Source of the DNA: Histomonas meleagridis 2922-C6/04-290x
Lineage: Eukaryota; Protista; Parabasalia
Length of the DNA: 64,000 nt
Direction: 5' to 3'
Assembly (NCBI GenBank): GCA_020184695.1
Contig: JAANOX010000199.1
Coordinates: forward strand, 26,361-90,360
Shown here: positions 1 to 10,225 of the stretch, piece after piece
Position numbering within the stretch: position 1 is the first letter of the stretch
Layout of the letters: each line of letters begins with the position of its first letter
Translations under genes and position numbers: made by a program
The notes under the pieces: model-generated
Database searches by the model: none
What the model saw: only the letters and a program-made list of their open reading frames with translations
What the model was told of the DNA's origin: nothing

Positions 1-116
1 GCCAAAAATGTGATAAACTGTGGTTAATACTGAATAGGTTTTTAAAATTTCATCAAACTTTTTAATTGAATATTGAAATTATATCATGTGATATTTATAA
101 ATGGCAAAACTGATAT

Positions 117-151
117 TGGGGCGCCCCATCTACTGGACCTGGGTCTAGACC
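117..151. repeat. Two short GC-rich palindromes (TGGGGCGCCCCA 117-128; GGTCTAGACC 142-151)
   Basis: Read directly from the sequence; GC-rich island in very AT-rich flanks. Confidence 0.7.
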
Positions 152-524
152 TTTAAATTGTGTGAAAGAGGTTTTGACAGGCCAAATTGGTTATTAACAC
201 GATCTATTCGTCAGTATGGGTATGATCGCCAGTTTGACCAAACAAAGGAGTTGATCAAATGGATAGCATCGTTGCTTAACATTCCATACAGCCTCTCCAC
301 ATTTTTTATAATAATTTTTTTCAATACTGCAAAAACAAATTTGTTTATTGCAATATTACAAGTACACGTATAATATTTTTTCAAGCAAAGACTAAATATT
401 ATCCTGCTGATTAAAGTATTCATCATAAGAATTTAATGAGTATTATTTTTTTTAATCAACTTTTATGGAAAAACTTTTTTACACACACATGTTCTTACAA
501 AATAGAGTAATAGAACAATTTTTT

Positions 525-1172
525 TTACACATGGAAAAATTCGTGGTACGCAGCATTGCAACTTTGGATAACTTTCTTTGCTTTGTTCGCACCTTCCATT
601 TCAAATGTTTTCATGTCTTTATGTTCAAGCATTTGGCTGTCATCGAAAAATTGATTGATTTGGATCATTTTATGAGGTGGAAGTTCGGATATATCGAAAT
701 ATATATTATACTCAGGATCAGTAACACATACCCCGATGATTATATCATCGCTTTTACCTTTGTTTATTGTGGGCATAACACCAATTGGGCGAGCTTTCAT
801 GAGACATAATGGTGGAACCGAAAGTTGACATAAAATAAATATACCAAGTGGACCACCTGCGTCGGTTAGAGTTTCTGGTATTAAGCCATAATTTGCTGGG
901 AAAACAGTGGATGAAAAGAGAATTCGATCAACTTTAAGAAGACCTGTTGGATTATCAACAGATGTTTTTAGCCTAGACTCTGCTGGCGTTTCGACAACAC
1001 AAGCAACAACTTTGGGACTAGCTTGACCAATTGGAACATTATGCCATGGATGATGCATCATCATAGAACGATCAGAAACTTTCTTGGGTGAAACTATTTT
1101 TGATTCAGGTTTGTGAAAGACCATATCCAAATACAACCTGTATTCGTTATCATCGCTTTCAGATGGAATCAT
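525..1172 (-). CDS. ppa: Family I soluble inorganic pyrophosphatase homologue with degenerate active site
   Basis: HPWH...VVE...GLLKVDRILFSS.VFPANYGLIPET...ARPIGVMP...DD.IIGV..DPEY...ELPPH...FF matches the plant/bacterial-type PPase; the DGDPLD motif reads AGGPLG. Confidence 0.85.
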   Translation of the reverse strand: MIPSESDDNEYRLYLDMVFHKPESKIVSPKKVSDRSMMMHHPWHNVPIGQASPKVVACVVETPAESRLKTSVDNPTGLLKVDRILFSSTVFPANYGLIPETLTDAGGPLGIFILCQLSVPPLCLMKARPIGVMPTINKGKSDDIIIGVCVTDPEYNIYFDISELPPHKMIQINQFFDDSQMLEHKDMKTFEMEGANKAKKVIQSCNAAYHEFFHV

Positions 1173-1249
1173 TATTTTTTAGATTAAACGGCCGCCGTCA
1201 TTTTTTTCACTTCATTTGAGACATTTGATATGAAAATGCGGTTTAAAAA

Positions 1250-2434
1250 ATGGAAAATAGTTTAAAAGATATTAAAATTCCAAAACTAATTTCATTCACA
1301 ATATATGATGGAATTCCACCAAAAGAAGAAGGTGCAGATCCTTTAGTTTATTATTATTATCCAACAACTAAACTTGTAGACTTACAATATAACGAAGTTG
1401 GTTTATATCTTACATTTTTAGGATTTTGTCGAGATTTTCGATCAAGTAAAGAATGCGAATATTTTGAAACAGATCAATATTTTACATGTCTTAAAAGTCT
1501 TGGCTCAGAAGTTTATTGCAGTGCTACGTTTGAAAACATTGGACGAACGCAATTACAACGTCAATTACTTCCAGAATTATTGGATATTTTTTGTCACATT
1601 TATCATATGTGGTTTGGTTTTCCGAAACGAGAAAAGGAAAATTTGACGTCAGAAAGTTTAAGACATATTAAACGTAGCGAAGAGCTTCTCGGTATCTTTT
1701 CAAATCGCCCATTTCTATTACGTTTATCACCATCACATGATCTTTGGGAACTTAGCGAATCGATTATTGCTGACTGTAAACAAGTTTCACCACAATTAAA
1801 AGGAATTTTATTTTTTTATCGCGAATATTTTGTTCATGGTAATTTATCACTGAAAGATACGCAAAGTTTATATCATTGTTATCGAAATAATAATTTTATT
1901 GAACGATTTACGACACAATTCAATAGTCAGGAATTTTCGAAAGGCACATTAGAAAGTGGCGAAAAGTTTTATTGCATTGCGTATGAAAAAGACGAAATTT
2001 TGATCTTTTTGATCTTTAGCATTCCAATCACGAAAGAAATCATTTACAAAAGTATCGAAAACGCCATAAAATCAAATTTCTCTAACATTAAACAACAATT
2101 TTCATCGCGATTCTTGAGCAGCGCTGTCACAATTCCGAATTCGCATTTTGATCAAAAGTTTTTACTTACGAACACAATTAATCGGAAACAACAAACGAAC
2201 AATAACAATAACAGTAACAGTAACAAAGACAAAATCACATTTGAGAACACGACAACATTCGAACAAACGAACGACGAATTTGTTCGATTTATTGGACAAA
2301 TTGATGGATCAGAGTGGTTATATATTGAGAAAGACAGCAACGGAATTACGCAGCTGCAGTACAAAGGATTCAAATCATTCTCAGAAACAGTTTCGAGTTG
2401 TGTTCAATATTTACGTGTTTCAAATTTTGGTTAA
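1250..2434 (+). CDS. CCZ1: CCZ1-like longin-domain protein (Mon1-Ccz1 GEF subunit candidate)
   Basis: The N-terminal FTIYD...KEEG...LVYYYYP...YNEVGL...F.GF.RDF pattern resembles the first longin domain of CCZ1; motif recognition only. Confidence 0.55.
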   Translation: MENSLKDIKIPKLISFTIYDGIPPKEEGADPLVYYYYPTTKLVDLQYNEVGLYLTFLGFCRDFRSSKECEYFETDQYFTCLKSLGSEVYCSATFENIGRTQLQRQLLPELLDIFCHIYHMWFGFPKREKENLTSESLRHIKRSEELLGIFSNRPFLLRLSPSHDLWELSESIIADCKQVSPQLKGILFFYREYFVHGNLSLKDTQSLYHCYRNNNFIERFTTQFNSQEFSKGTLESGEKFYCIAYEKDEILIFLIFSIPITKEIIYKSIENAIKSNFSNIKQQFSSRFLSSAVTIPNSHFDQKFLLTNTINRKQQTNNNNNSNSNKDKITFENTTTFEQTNDEFVRFIGQIDGSEWLYIEKDSNGITQLQYKGFKSFSETVSSCVQYLRVSNFG

Positions 2435-2435
2435 A
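2432..2435 (+). terminator. TAAA polyadenylation-signal-like motif overlapping the stop codon (example; also at 13654, 21819, 25244, 46647, 60670)
   Basis: A TAA stop followed by A matches the UAAA signal described for Trichomonas. Confidence 0.45.
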
Positions 2436-2895
2436 TAAAAATAAAATGTTTTTGAGTAATTTTCATGAATAAGTCACATGCTGAACATAGAAATAATCGA
2501 TAAAAGATAAATTTTCGTGCGCTGGATATCTAAAATTGTGATAATTCTTTTAACTTTGTACTTAGAATTGCATCGTCAAATGTCATACAAAGCAATTGGG
2601 AAACACTAAAAAAGACAATGATGATAAAAAGATAGATTCAAGAAGTTGAACATCAATAGCTAACTTTGTGTAAAAATTGTTATTCAAAATAATAAATTTA
2701 TTAATAAGTCACTGAATAACATTTATTTGTTGGCATTGAAATTTCTGCTGATAAAAAATATGATGATTTAAGTGTTGTATCTTAATTCTTTAAAGAAAGC
2801 AGTGGTATACTTAAATTTCTAAGGAATTACTCATTATTATGTTGAATTATTATTGTAAATTGATAAAATGATTATATCATAATTCAAATTATATT

Positions 2896-3258
2896 TTACT
2901 CAGTGATAACTGAAACTTCAACATGAACTTCGGGTTCAAGACCAATTTGTGTAACCTGCTTTACAGCGGCAGGTGTTCCAACAAAGTCAATAACACGCTT
3001 GTAAATACGAAGTTCAAGATGATCGTATGTTTCAGTACCGTTACCACATGGTGCTCTGCGGGTTGTGATCCTAAGTCTGCGGCGTGGCATTGGGATTGGT
3101 CCACGAACTTTGAGATGTTCAGCCTTAAGTTTTTGAGTTAAGTTATTGCAAACTTTTTGAAGATTTGGGAGCTTTGAAGATGTGATTGTGAGGCGAATGC
3201 GCTGTTGTGCTTGGGTTGTAGCAACTTCCTTCTTTTCATCACCAGTTGGGACGCTCAT
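2896..3258 (-). CDS. RPS20: 40S ribosomal protein S20 (uS10)
   Basis: RIRLTITS...VRGPIPMP...ITTRRAPCGNGTETYDHLELRIYKRVID; likely start is the ATG at 3258 (MSVPT). Confidence 0.97.
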   Translation of the reverse strand: MSVPTGDEKKEVATTQAQQRIRLTITSSKLPNLQKVCNNLTQKLKAEHLKVRGPIPMPRRRLRITTRRAPCGNGTETYDHLELRIYKRVIDFVGTPAAVKQVTQIGLEPEVHVEVSVITE

Positions 3259-3351
3259 TGGAAAAGGAAAGACCAAACCGCCCAACGATAGAAAAACCAT
3301 TTTCAAAGTATGGACATTTTATTATAAAATAAAAATACGTTAATTGCCCAG

Positions 3352-4451
3352 ATGGAGCTTTTTGAGGCTTCAAAAGCCAATAATATCGAAAAAATTAAGT
3401 TACTAATTGACGAAGGAAAGGATGTTAATGCTAAAGTTTTTAGTTTTGATTTATAGTTTCTTTCATTATCTTTTTGTTTATTTATAATTACCCGAATGTT
3501 TTTCTTTACGATAAGATGTTTCTTTATTTGTTTTGAAACAGCACTCCATTGGGCTGCTATTAATGGTTCTTTAGAAGCAACAAAAATTCTTATTGAAAAA
3601 GGTGCTGATCCAAATGCTCAAACTGTCTATTTTATAACATTTCTGTTTATCTTTATATCATTATGTTTATTTTTTGTTTATTTTGTTTCATTAATAATTT
3701 TAAAGAAACTCCTTTACATCTTGCTATTCAAGAGAATCAAAAATCAATAATTCGTTTTCTAATAGATAATGGATCAAATCCAAATATCAAAGTTTTTTCT
3801 TGTTTTACAATGTTTCTTTTATATTTTATTATGAAGTTTCATTATTTAAAATGGAATTTCTTTAAATTATTTGAGAACAGTATTTTTCTAGCAATTCGAT
3901 GGTCTGATGCGGAAATTCTTGAATTACTACTTGATAAAAATGGAGATCCAAACACATATAACAAATTAGCTGCTTCACCTCTTCATCTTTGTGTTGATTT
4001 TCGTGATTATGATTGTGCACGAACTCTTCTTAAGCATAATGCTAATCCAAATTATCAAAACAATGATGGAAAAACGCCATTTCATAATGCTGTTGAACAA
4101 AGAGAATACAAACTTTCATCAATCTTTGCTGAAAATGGAGCGAATTCTGAAATTCGTGATGCACAACTTAGAACTGTTTGGATGCTTGCTGATGATAGTT
4201 TTAAAAGAAAAGTATTACATGATGAGAAAGGTAAAATGAATGAAGAAATAAGAAAAGAAATCAATGAAAATGAAAATGGTTCAGAGGGAATGAAAGATAT
4301 TTGCTTTTTATGCAAAACGAGAAAAGCTAATAGAGTGCTTTTGCCTTGTGGTCACCGAGTACTGTGTTCTTATTGTTCAAGAAAATTTTTAGAACAATAT
4401 AATATTTGTCCGAAGTGCCACATGGCAGTTTTCGGCTCTTCATTAAGATAG
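3352..4451 (+). CDS. Ankyrin-repeat protein with C-terminal C3HC4 RING, interrupted by three non-canonical AT-rich inserts
   Basis: MELFEASKANNIEKIKLLIDEGKDVNAK / ETALHWAAINGSLEATKILIEKGADPNAQT / ETPLHLAIQ...GSNPNIK / ENSIFLA..., then uninterrupted repeats and CFLC...LLPCGHRVLCSYC...CPKC. Inserts lie at about 3436-3534, 3625-3704 and 3792-3872. Confidence 0.85.
3436..3534 (+). other. Ankyrin hairpin insert A1 (99 nt between the K and E codons; in-frame TAG at 3454-3456)
   Basis: Lies between DVNAK and ETALH; a GTTTTGA direct repeat at 3443 and 3530 is 87 nt apart, the excess over a normal hairpin. Confidence 0.8.
3625..3704 (+). other. Ankyrin hairpin insert A2 (80 nt, frameshifting)
   Basis: Lies between PNAQT and ETPLH; an ATTTTA direct repeat at 3629 and 3697 is 68 nt apart. 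Confidence 0.8.
3792..3872 (+). other. Ankyrin hairpin insert A3 (81 nt, in frame, no stop)
   Basis: Lies between PNIK and ENSIF; ends in TGGAATTTCTTTAAATTATTT, nearly the same as the 3' motif of the 32-34 kb inserts. Confidence 0.75.
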
Positions 4452-4586
4452 AATATAAAAAGTATGTATGCGATTTTTAAAAATATATATTCTTCATAAA
4501 ATAAAACATATATTTCTTTTTAAATTGGTTCTTTTCGTAAAAGCCTTTTTTATGAAAATATGATGAGGTGCCCCATTTACAAAAAA

Positions 4587-5153
4587 ATGAGTTTTTTCAA
4601 CTTTTTGCGCTCCTTCCCAGAGTTCCACTTCATGCTCGATGCATTTAATGAAACAATTACTGCAGAAGAAAAATTGTTAGAAAGTATCGAAAAAACTTTT
4701 TCTGATAATTTTTCGGAATTTGCATTTTCTCTTCCAAAAGAACTTTCTACTGGATTAAAAAACATAAGATATGCTGGCATTCATCAAGCAAATGCCGAAA
4801 AAGAATTGGTTTCAACTTTGAAACCACTTCCAAATGATCTCCAAATTCTTCAAGTTCTTCAAGAAAACATCAAAAAAAGAACCACTGTTTTAGAAAATGA
4901 AAATGGTGGTCAACCAGTTGATCCTGACGTTATCAAAAATGATTCTGAAATTCAAGAAAACAAAAGACAATTTGTGAAAGAACTATCATTCGTTCTTTGT
5001 GAGTTTGTACAAGCTAGAGCTAGAAATGCTGATCAATTGGTTTCTGTTAGTCATGAGTTTTCTGAAGCAGCTCTTTCATTTTGTGAATATGAAGATCCAT
5101 CGATTCCAAAACTCGAAAATCTTTTAAAAGAACTCGAATATGAAACAGTTTAG
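4587..5153 (+). CDS. Hypothetical helical/coiled-coil protein (possibly BAR-like)
   Basis: Clean ORF with amphipathic helical composition; likely start MSFF at 4587. Confidence 0.65.
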   Translation: MSFFNFLRSFPEFHFMLDAFNETITAEEKLLESIEKTFSDNFSEFAFSLPKELSTGLKNIRYAGIHQANAEKELVSTLKPLPNDLQILQVLQENIKKRTTVLENENGGQPVDPDVIKNDSEIQENKRQFVKELSFVLCEFVQARARNADQLVSVSHEFSEAALSFCEYEDPSIPKLENLLKELEYETV

Positions 5154-5654
5154 ATATGTTGTTTGTAAGTACTAAATAATGTTTAAATGTTCTTTTAACA
5201 ATAATTATTTCTGTTTTTAGAAATTTAGAATGGATGAATTATGAGTTATCAACAACTATCTGAATAAATAATTAAATTATCAAAAATCCAATTTAAATGA
5301 AAGCCTTTTACAATAAAATTTTATAAATCAAGAATGTTATTATTATAATTATTATTCATAAAGTCGCAGGAAAAAGTATCCAAACACAATTTTAACATAT
5401 TTCATTGTCATATTTTTGAAAACAACAACCCGATTAGTGAATACAATTTTGAATTTATGTTTGCTTCGTGAGGTACAATGCATTGTTCCATCCAGTTATC
5501 TTGATTACAGCATCCGAATCCCATAATTACTTGATTAAGTTGCGGCGCATAATGTTAGAATGAAATATATTTTAGATTTAAGATAAATTCGTTTAAAAAA
5601 TCAAAGACGTTAAGTCACCTCACGCAAAATAGACATGCTATATGAAATGTATTA

Positions 5655-6716
5655 ATGTTTGTACTTTTCTTCACCTTTTCTTTTTTAAGGGATCCAAGAA
5701 CATTATACATTGATAACACACAAGACGGAGACTGCCTTTCTACTCCATGTTCAATGAGGACAGCAACATTGATTGTACGAACTGCTGATACACTAATATT
5801 TCCATCAGGAACCATTCATCCAACATCATATCCATCTGATTTTTCTGATTTATTCATACAACTTTCCCTTATGAACACTACAGTTAATGGAAAAGGCACT
5901 ATTGTTGATGGAACATATCTTGCAGGCGAAATGTTATGGCAAATCACAAGTCAACCCACATATACATGGTGTTTATTTAACGATTGGGTATTTACAAAGT
6001 TTTCAAAGCCAATAGCAACCCGTCAATTTGCATGGTCCACTGCACCCTATATAATATTCCGAGATTGCACATTTCTTGATTCCACCACAGATCTTTTCAT
6101 AATGAAAGGGGGCACTCTCATCTTTGAGAACTGTGTCTTCAAGAATATCACAGGTCGGGCTGTTAAATCTATTTCCGAGTTTCGATCAGATTTTGTAGAT
6201 TGTATTTTCGAAAACTGTAATTCCTTATTTTTCCAAAGCAGCAGTGGCACATTTACCAACTGCAAGTTCATTGGGATGCATGGACAAAGAGGCGGCGCCA
6301 TTTATGCGATTCGATCAACAATATCAATAATTAATTGTCACTTCATAAATTGTATAGCTGATGTGAGCGGTGGTGCTCTGTACATCAGAGACTCGCCAGA
6401 GAAATATGAGAGCGAAGTAATTGATTCGTGTTTCATAAATACAAAAGCTGAAGTAAACGGAAGCGCAATTTATGTATACGAATCGAACTTGGCGCTTTCG
6501 CGAAATTGTTTCGAAAGTGAATCAAGTGTTTATGCATTTGGAAGTAATGTTTCAAATGAAGAAACTAAATATGATGCGAAATGTAATGAATGCTTAAAGA
6601 AAGAGCCGAAAAAGTATATAGAAATAGACTACACACCAACGGATACAAATAAATGGTTCCAATTCGATGATTTGAAATCAGGAACAACAATCGTTGTCGG
6701 GGATGACGAATTGTAA
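5655..6716 (+). CDS. Secreted pectin-lyase-fold / polymorphic outer membrane protein (PMP)-like protein
   Basis: Hydrophobic signal peptide; F.NC.F repeats and GGAIY / GGALY / GSAIY motifs. Confidence 0.75.
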   Translation: MFVLFFTFSFLRDPRTLYIDNTQDGDCLSTPCSMRTATLIVRTADTLIFPSGTIHPTSYPSDFSDLFIQLSLMNTTVNGKGTIVDGTYLAGEMLWQITSQPTYTWCLFNDWVFTKFSKPIATRQFAWSTAPYIIFRDCTFLDSTTDLFIMKGGTLIFENCVFKNITGRAVKSISEFRSDFVDCIFENCNSLFFQSSSGTFTNCKFIGMHGQRGGAIYAIRSTISIINCHFINCIADVSGGALYIRDSPEKYESEVIDSCFINTKAEVNGSAIYVYESNLALSRNCFESESSVYAFGSNVSNEETKYDAKCNECLKKEPKKYIEIDYTPTDTNKWFQFDDLKSGTTIVVGDDEL

Positions 6717-8199
6717 AAAATACACAATAAAATGTATATATGGATAATATTATTTATATCAACATGAAAAATTATATATAATGAAAAACCTGTTTTCACA
6801 ACAACCTGTAACAAATTTTTAGATAAATAATAAAATTTTTATATTGTTTGTGTGTTGATCGAAATTTCAACGTCTGTTCAGTCCGAAAAATATGAATTAA
6901 TCAGAATATGTAAAGAAAATCGATTTAACATAATGAATCGATTAGTAAAACTTATTTATTGTTTCAATTGGAATAATGTCCAAAACTTCCGATGCACCAA
7001 GATAAAAATTTTATGTGATGTGAATCGAAAAATGTCAATGGGTATTCATCAAAAATTATTTTTTTTGTAATTTTTATTTAAATTTATTCATTGCATATGA
7101 TATAATTGTGTATAGCAAAATACACAGGAACGATGGGTGCAAAAAGTAATGAGCCCTCCATCTTAACTTTCTAAATAATGAAAGCTGGCCATTTTTTACT
7201 ATATCATGTCAACCAGCAAGCTTCCATATCATGATATGATTCATTTTTTAAGGTGGGAGGACAATATATATAGATATTGATTTATTCTAAGATAATATGT
7301 AAAATTGATCATTATATATGAACTACAAATTTCTGTTGCCATATATAAATTGCCGATTATAATATATTCGAAATTTGAATCAAAGACATAAATCAAAAAA
7401 AAAAAAAAAAAAAATAAAAAAAAATGTAATGAACAGCATAAAATAAGATTTTACTTATGTATTTTTTTCGACCTAGGTCAAAAAAGAATTCTTAATCATA
7501 GTAAATCATAGTTTTTGTGTTATATCCGTCTTTGAGGATGCTATCTAAATACTGTTTTCAATAATTTAAATAATTTTCAAAATAAAACAAATAAATTTCT
7601 TAATTCCATTTCGTTCAAGAAGAAATTTAACAATTTCTGTGGTACCATTTACAGATGAATTGAAAAGAGTTCGAAATTTTTTGGAAAAATATTAAATATT
7701 TTTGAATCTTTCAATAATTTTATAAAAATTATAAAAATATTAAACATCTCTAGTGATATCAACATAATTATTTTTTATAGAGAACTATTCATAGAGAACA
7801 TATTTAGTAATATACAATTAATAAATTTTTTATGATTTAATTTTGTAGTTTTCGCAATATTCCTGTTTTCACTCACTTCACCAAGGAGAACGTTAATATG
7901 AAGAAATCTTTTTTCTCGATTTTTTTTAAATATTTTAATTAATTCATATTTTTGGGACTGAATATATGTTAAAATTTCAATTTGCTAACAAAATATATAA
8001 AAATTTATGATTTATCTAAAACTTTGTTGTTGGTCTACATGTTTTTATCACGGCAGTCTATAGTATAAGCTTATATACCTATTTTGGAGTAACATCATCT
8101 TTTAATTAAGAGTTGTTTTTCTTGAAATCTTCGGAAGATAAACGTACTAGTCACCAGTTCTGAATCAGAACTTCAGGTTAAATATTATGTTTTCTCTCG

Positions 8200-8570
8200 A
8201 TTTATTAATAAATTAGAAGAACACTTACCAAAGTCTAAATTAAATGGCACCTTTTTCACCAAGTAATTGTTTTTTTTCTCTGGAAACCAACCGTTTAGCT
8301 AATTCAATAGCTGTTTCGAATTATTAAAACATATTCCAAATAATCAAAACATATTCCAAATTATTAAAACATATATAAAATTATTCAAATGAATATATTT
8401 TTCATTAACATCAATTCCTTTATCTAAAAGTAATTTTACTATTTCTATATTATTATTTCTAACTGCTATATGAAGTGCTGTTTCAAATTATAAAAACATA
8501 TTTCAAATTATTAAAACATATTTCAAATTATTAAAACATATTTCAAATTATTAAAACATACATAAAATCG
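8200..8570 (-). pseudogene. Unannotated ankyrin remnant with hairpin inserts (missed by the ORF track)
   Basis: 8484-8395 translates as ETALHIAVRNNNIEIVKLLLDKGIDVNEKY, followed by a 77-nt insert (8394-8318), then ETAIELAK from 8317; no clear upstream start. Confidence 0.7.
8318..8562. repeat. 20-nt minisatellite AAATTATTAAAACATATT(T/C)C in two clusters (about 8318-8388 and 8485-8562)
   Basis: Three to four tandem copies per cluster; the two clusters coincide with the two ankyrin inserts. Confidence 0.85.
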
Positions 8571-8822
8571 GCTTATAGTGATTGAGAAAAGATGCATATG
8601 GATTATTAACAATCTCATTAAACAAAAACAATTTTTAATTTTTATTCAGCAAAATAAGGGTGGAAGTAACCCTTTCGAAAGTATTAACATTATTATGTAT
8701 AAAATCATATTCATAAGTATTCTACAATTTGTCCATTTACGTATTTAAAAACAAATTTAAAGTTTCTTCAGTCCAATTGCAAATGTTTTCTCAAAACGAA
8801 TTATTAAATTCACTTTAATTCT

Positions 8823-10130
8823 TTAGTTAATCAGTTTGCATCTTGCGTATAGTGCGTCTACGACTCCGTCCATCTGTTCAATTAGTTCTATCGACTGTGT
8901 GAGCAGTTCGTTTTCTTCCTCGTCCTCGAATATGTTCAGTATTCCGTCGCTTTGGTTAATTGACGCCTTCAGTTTCTGGTCCAATATCATTTGCACCAAC
9001 TTCGCCTCGACTTCTTCGACCGGCAAATTGATCATTTCGGCGATCCGCGACAACTCGACTGCAGAGTACGGCTTGACAATCCTCAGAAGGTTTTGTTCTT
9101 CCAAACTATCAATCAAGTTATGTATGTTCGACGCGACGACGGGGTCGTTCTCCAAGTCGTTATGTCTTCTTTCCATTATCTCTGTCAGTTGTTTAAGTGA
9201 TTTCGCTTCAGATGCTTTTCCGATTTCGAGCATTGCTTCGATTTCGTTCTTAGCATTAGAATCATCACCTGATGTGGAATGCAAATGCGTTAATGTTAAC
9301 GCAGAGTTTTGATATATCGAAAAACATTCGTTAGGACGATCGTCTAAGATCTTACATAACAAGTTATACTTTAGCGCATCTGTCGCTCGTGGATCATTGG
9401 CGCTAGAAAATGCATCAAATGCTTCAGAGAAATATGAGCTCGCTGTTCGGTAGTCTTTCTCTTCAGTGAATATGATGCCTGACTCTAAGTCTAATTGGCC
9501 TTGGAGTAATGGCGATGTGTAAACTGCCGCGGCGTTGGTGCGTGCTGCGGTGAGTGAAGCTTTGGCTCGACTGTAATCACCAAGGCCTCTAAAGGTACGG
9601 GATTCTATAAGATAGACTTCGATGAGTTGGGATTTGTGATCAACTTTTCGAAGTTCGGTTGTAAGGCGTGAAATGATTTCAAGTGTCTCGTTGTAACGCT
9701 TGTCTTCAAGAAGAATCTCTGATAGTTCGATCTCAAGGCGTTGACGAAGAAGTGTGCGCTCTTCTTTAATGGACCATTGAATCCATTCTTGACAAAGTGA
9801 GATTTGAAGATCACGTGTATCGGGAACCTTACGCAAAGATTGGATAATAAGACGAACTAATTTGGCTGTACGGGCTTTGGGAATTTGGATAAAATAGGGT
9901 TGAAGATGTGCAAGAAGTTGGGAATATTTAGATCCATCGCCAAGTGAAACATAGATAGAAAGAAGTGAAACAAGAACTTTCTCAAAGACACCTGCAACAT
10001 CTTCAATGTGTTCGGTATCTTTAGTGATAAGATCAATTAAATCTTCCAATTTTGCTGCACAATTTACTTCATCTTGAGACCTAAGTGCCATAATTTCGTC
10101 TAATTGCTGTGTGAATTCTTCTGGATCCAT
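8823..10130 (-). CDS. RPN6: 26S proteasome lid subunit RPN6/PSMD11
   Basis: IPKARTAKLVR, RTLLRQRLE, KASLTAARTNAAAVYTSPLLQGQLDLESGI, C-terminal PCI domain; likely start MDPEE at 10130. Confidence 0.95.
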   Translation of the reverse strand: MDPEEFTQQLDEIMALRSQDEVNCAAKLEDLIDLITKDTEHIEDVAGVFEKVLVSLLSIYVSLGDGSKYSQLLAHLQPYFIQIPKARTAKLVRLIIQSLRKVPDTRDLQISLCQEWIQWSIKEERTLLRQRLEIELSEILLEDKRYNETLEIISRLTTELRKVDHKSQLIEVYLIESRTFRGLGDYSRAKASLTAARTNAAAVYTSPLLQGQLDLESGIIFTEEKDYRTASSYFSEAFDAFSSANDPRATDALKYNLLCKILDDRPNECFSIYQNSALTLTHLHSTSGDDSNAKNEIEAMLEIGKASEAKSLKQLTEIMERRHNDLENDPVVASNIHNLIDSLEEQNLLRIVKPYSAVELSRIAEMINLPVEEVEAKLVQMILDQKLKASINQSDGILNIFEDEEENELLTQSIELIEQMDGVVDALYARCKLIN

Positions 10131-10225
10131 GTTTGCAATTTGTTTTGAAAGTTGGTCAGATGATTTTACATCACATTTCACAAAAAAGACGATCAGAATT
10201 GTATAGTTTATTCAAGTGTAACTGA

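Noticed and set aside
158-373. Possible calponin-homology fragment (YDRQFDQTKELIKWIASLLNIP)
   Set aside because: Similarity is too short, the start is TTG/GTG and there is no continuation; not supportable.
2896-3306. Long N-terminal extensions from the ORF track (RPS20, RPN6, RPS2, importin, actin-like, PITP, MED10)
   Set aside because: They use TTG/GTG or upstream starts that extend beyond the family-typical N-termini; the downstream ATGs were preferred.
7395-7424. Poly(A) run as a retroposon tail
   Set aside because: No recognisable upstream element or target-site duplication; homopolymers are expected at this AT content.
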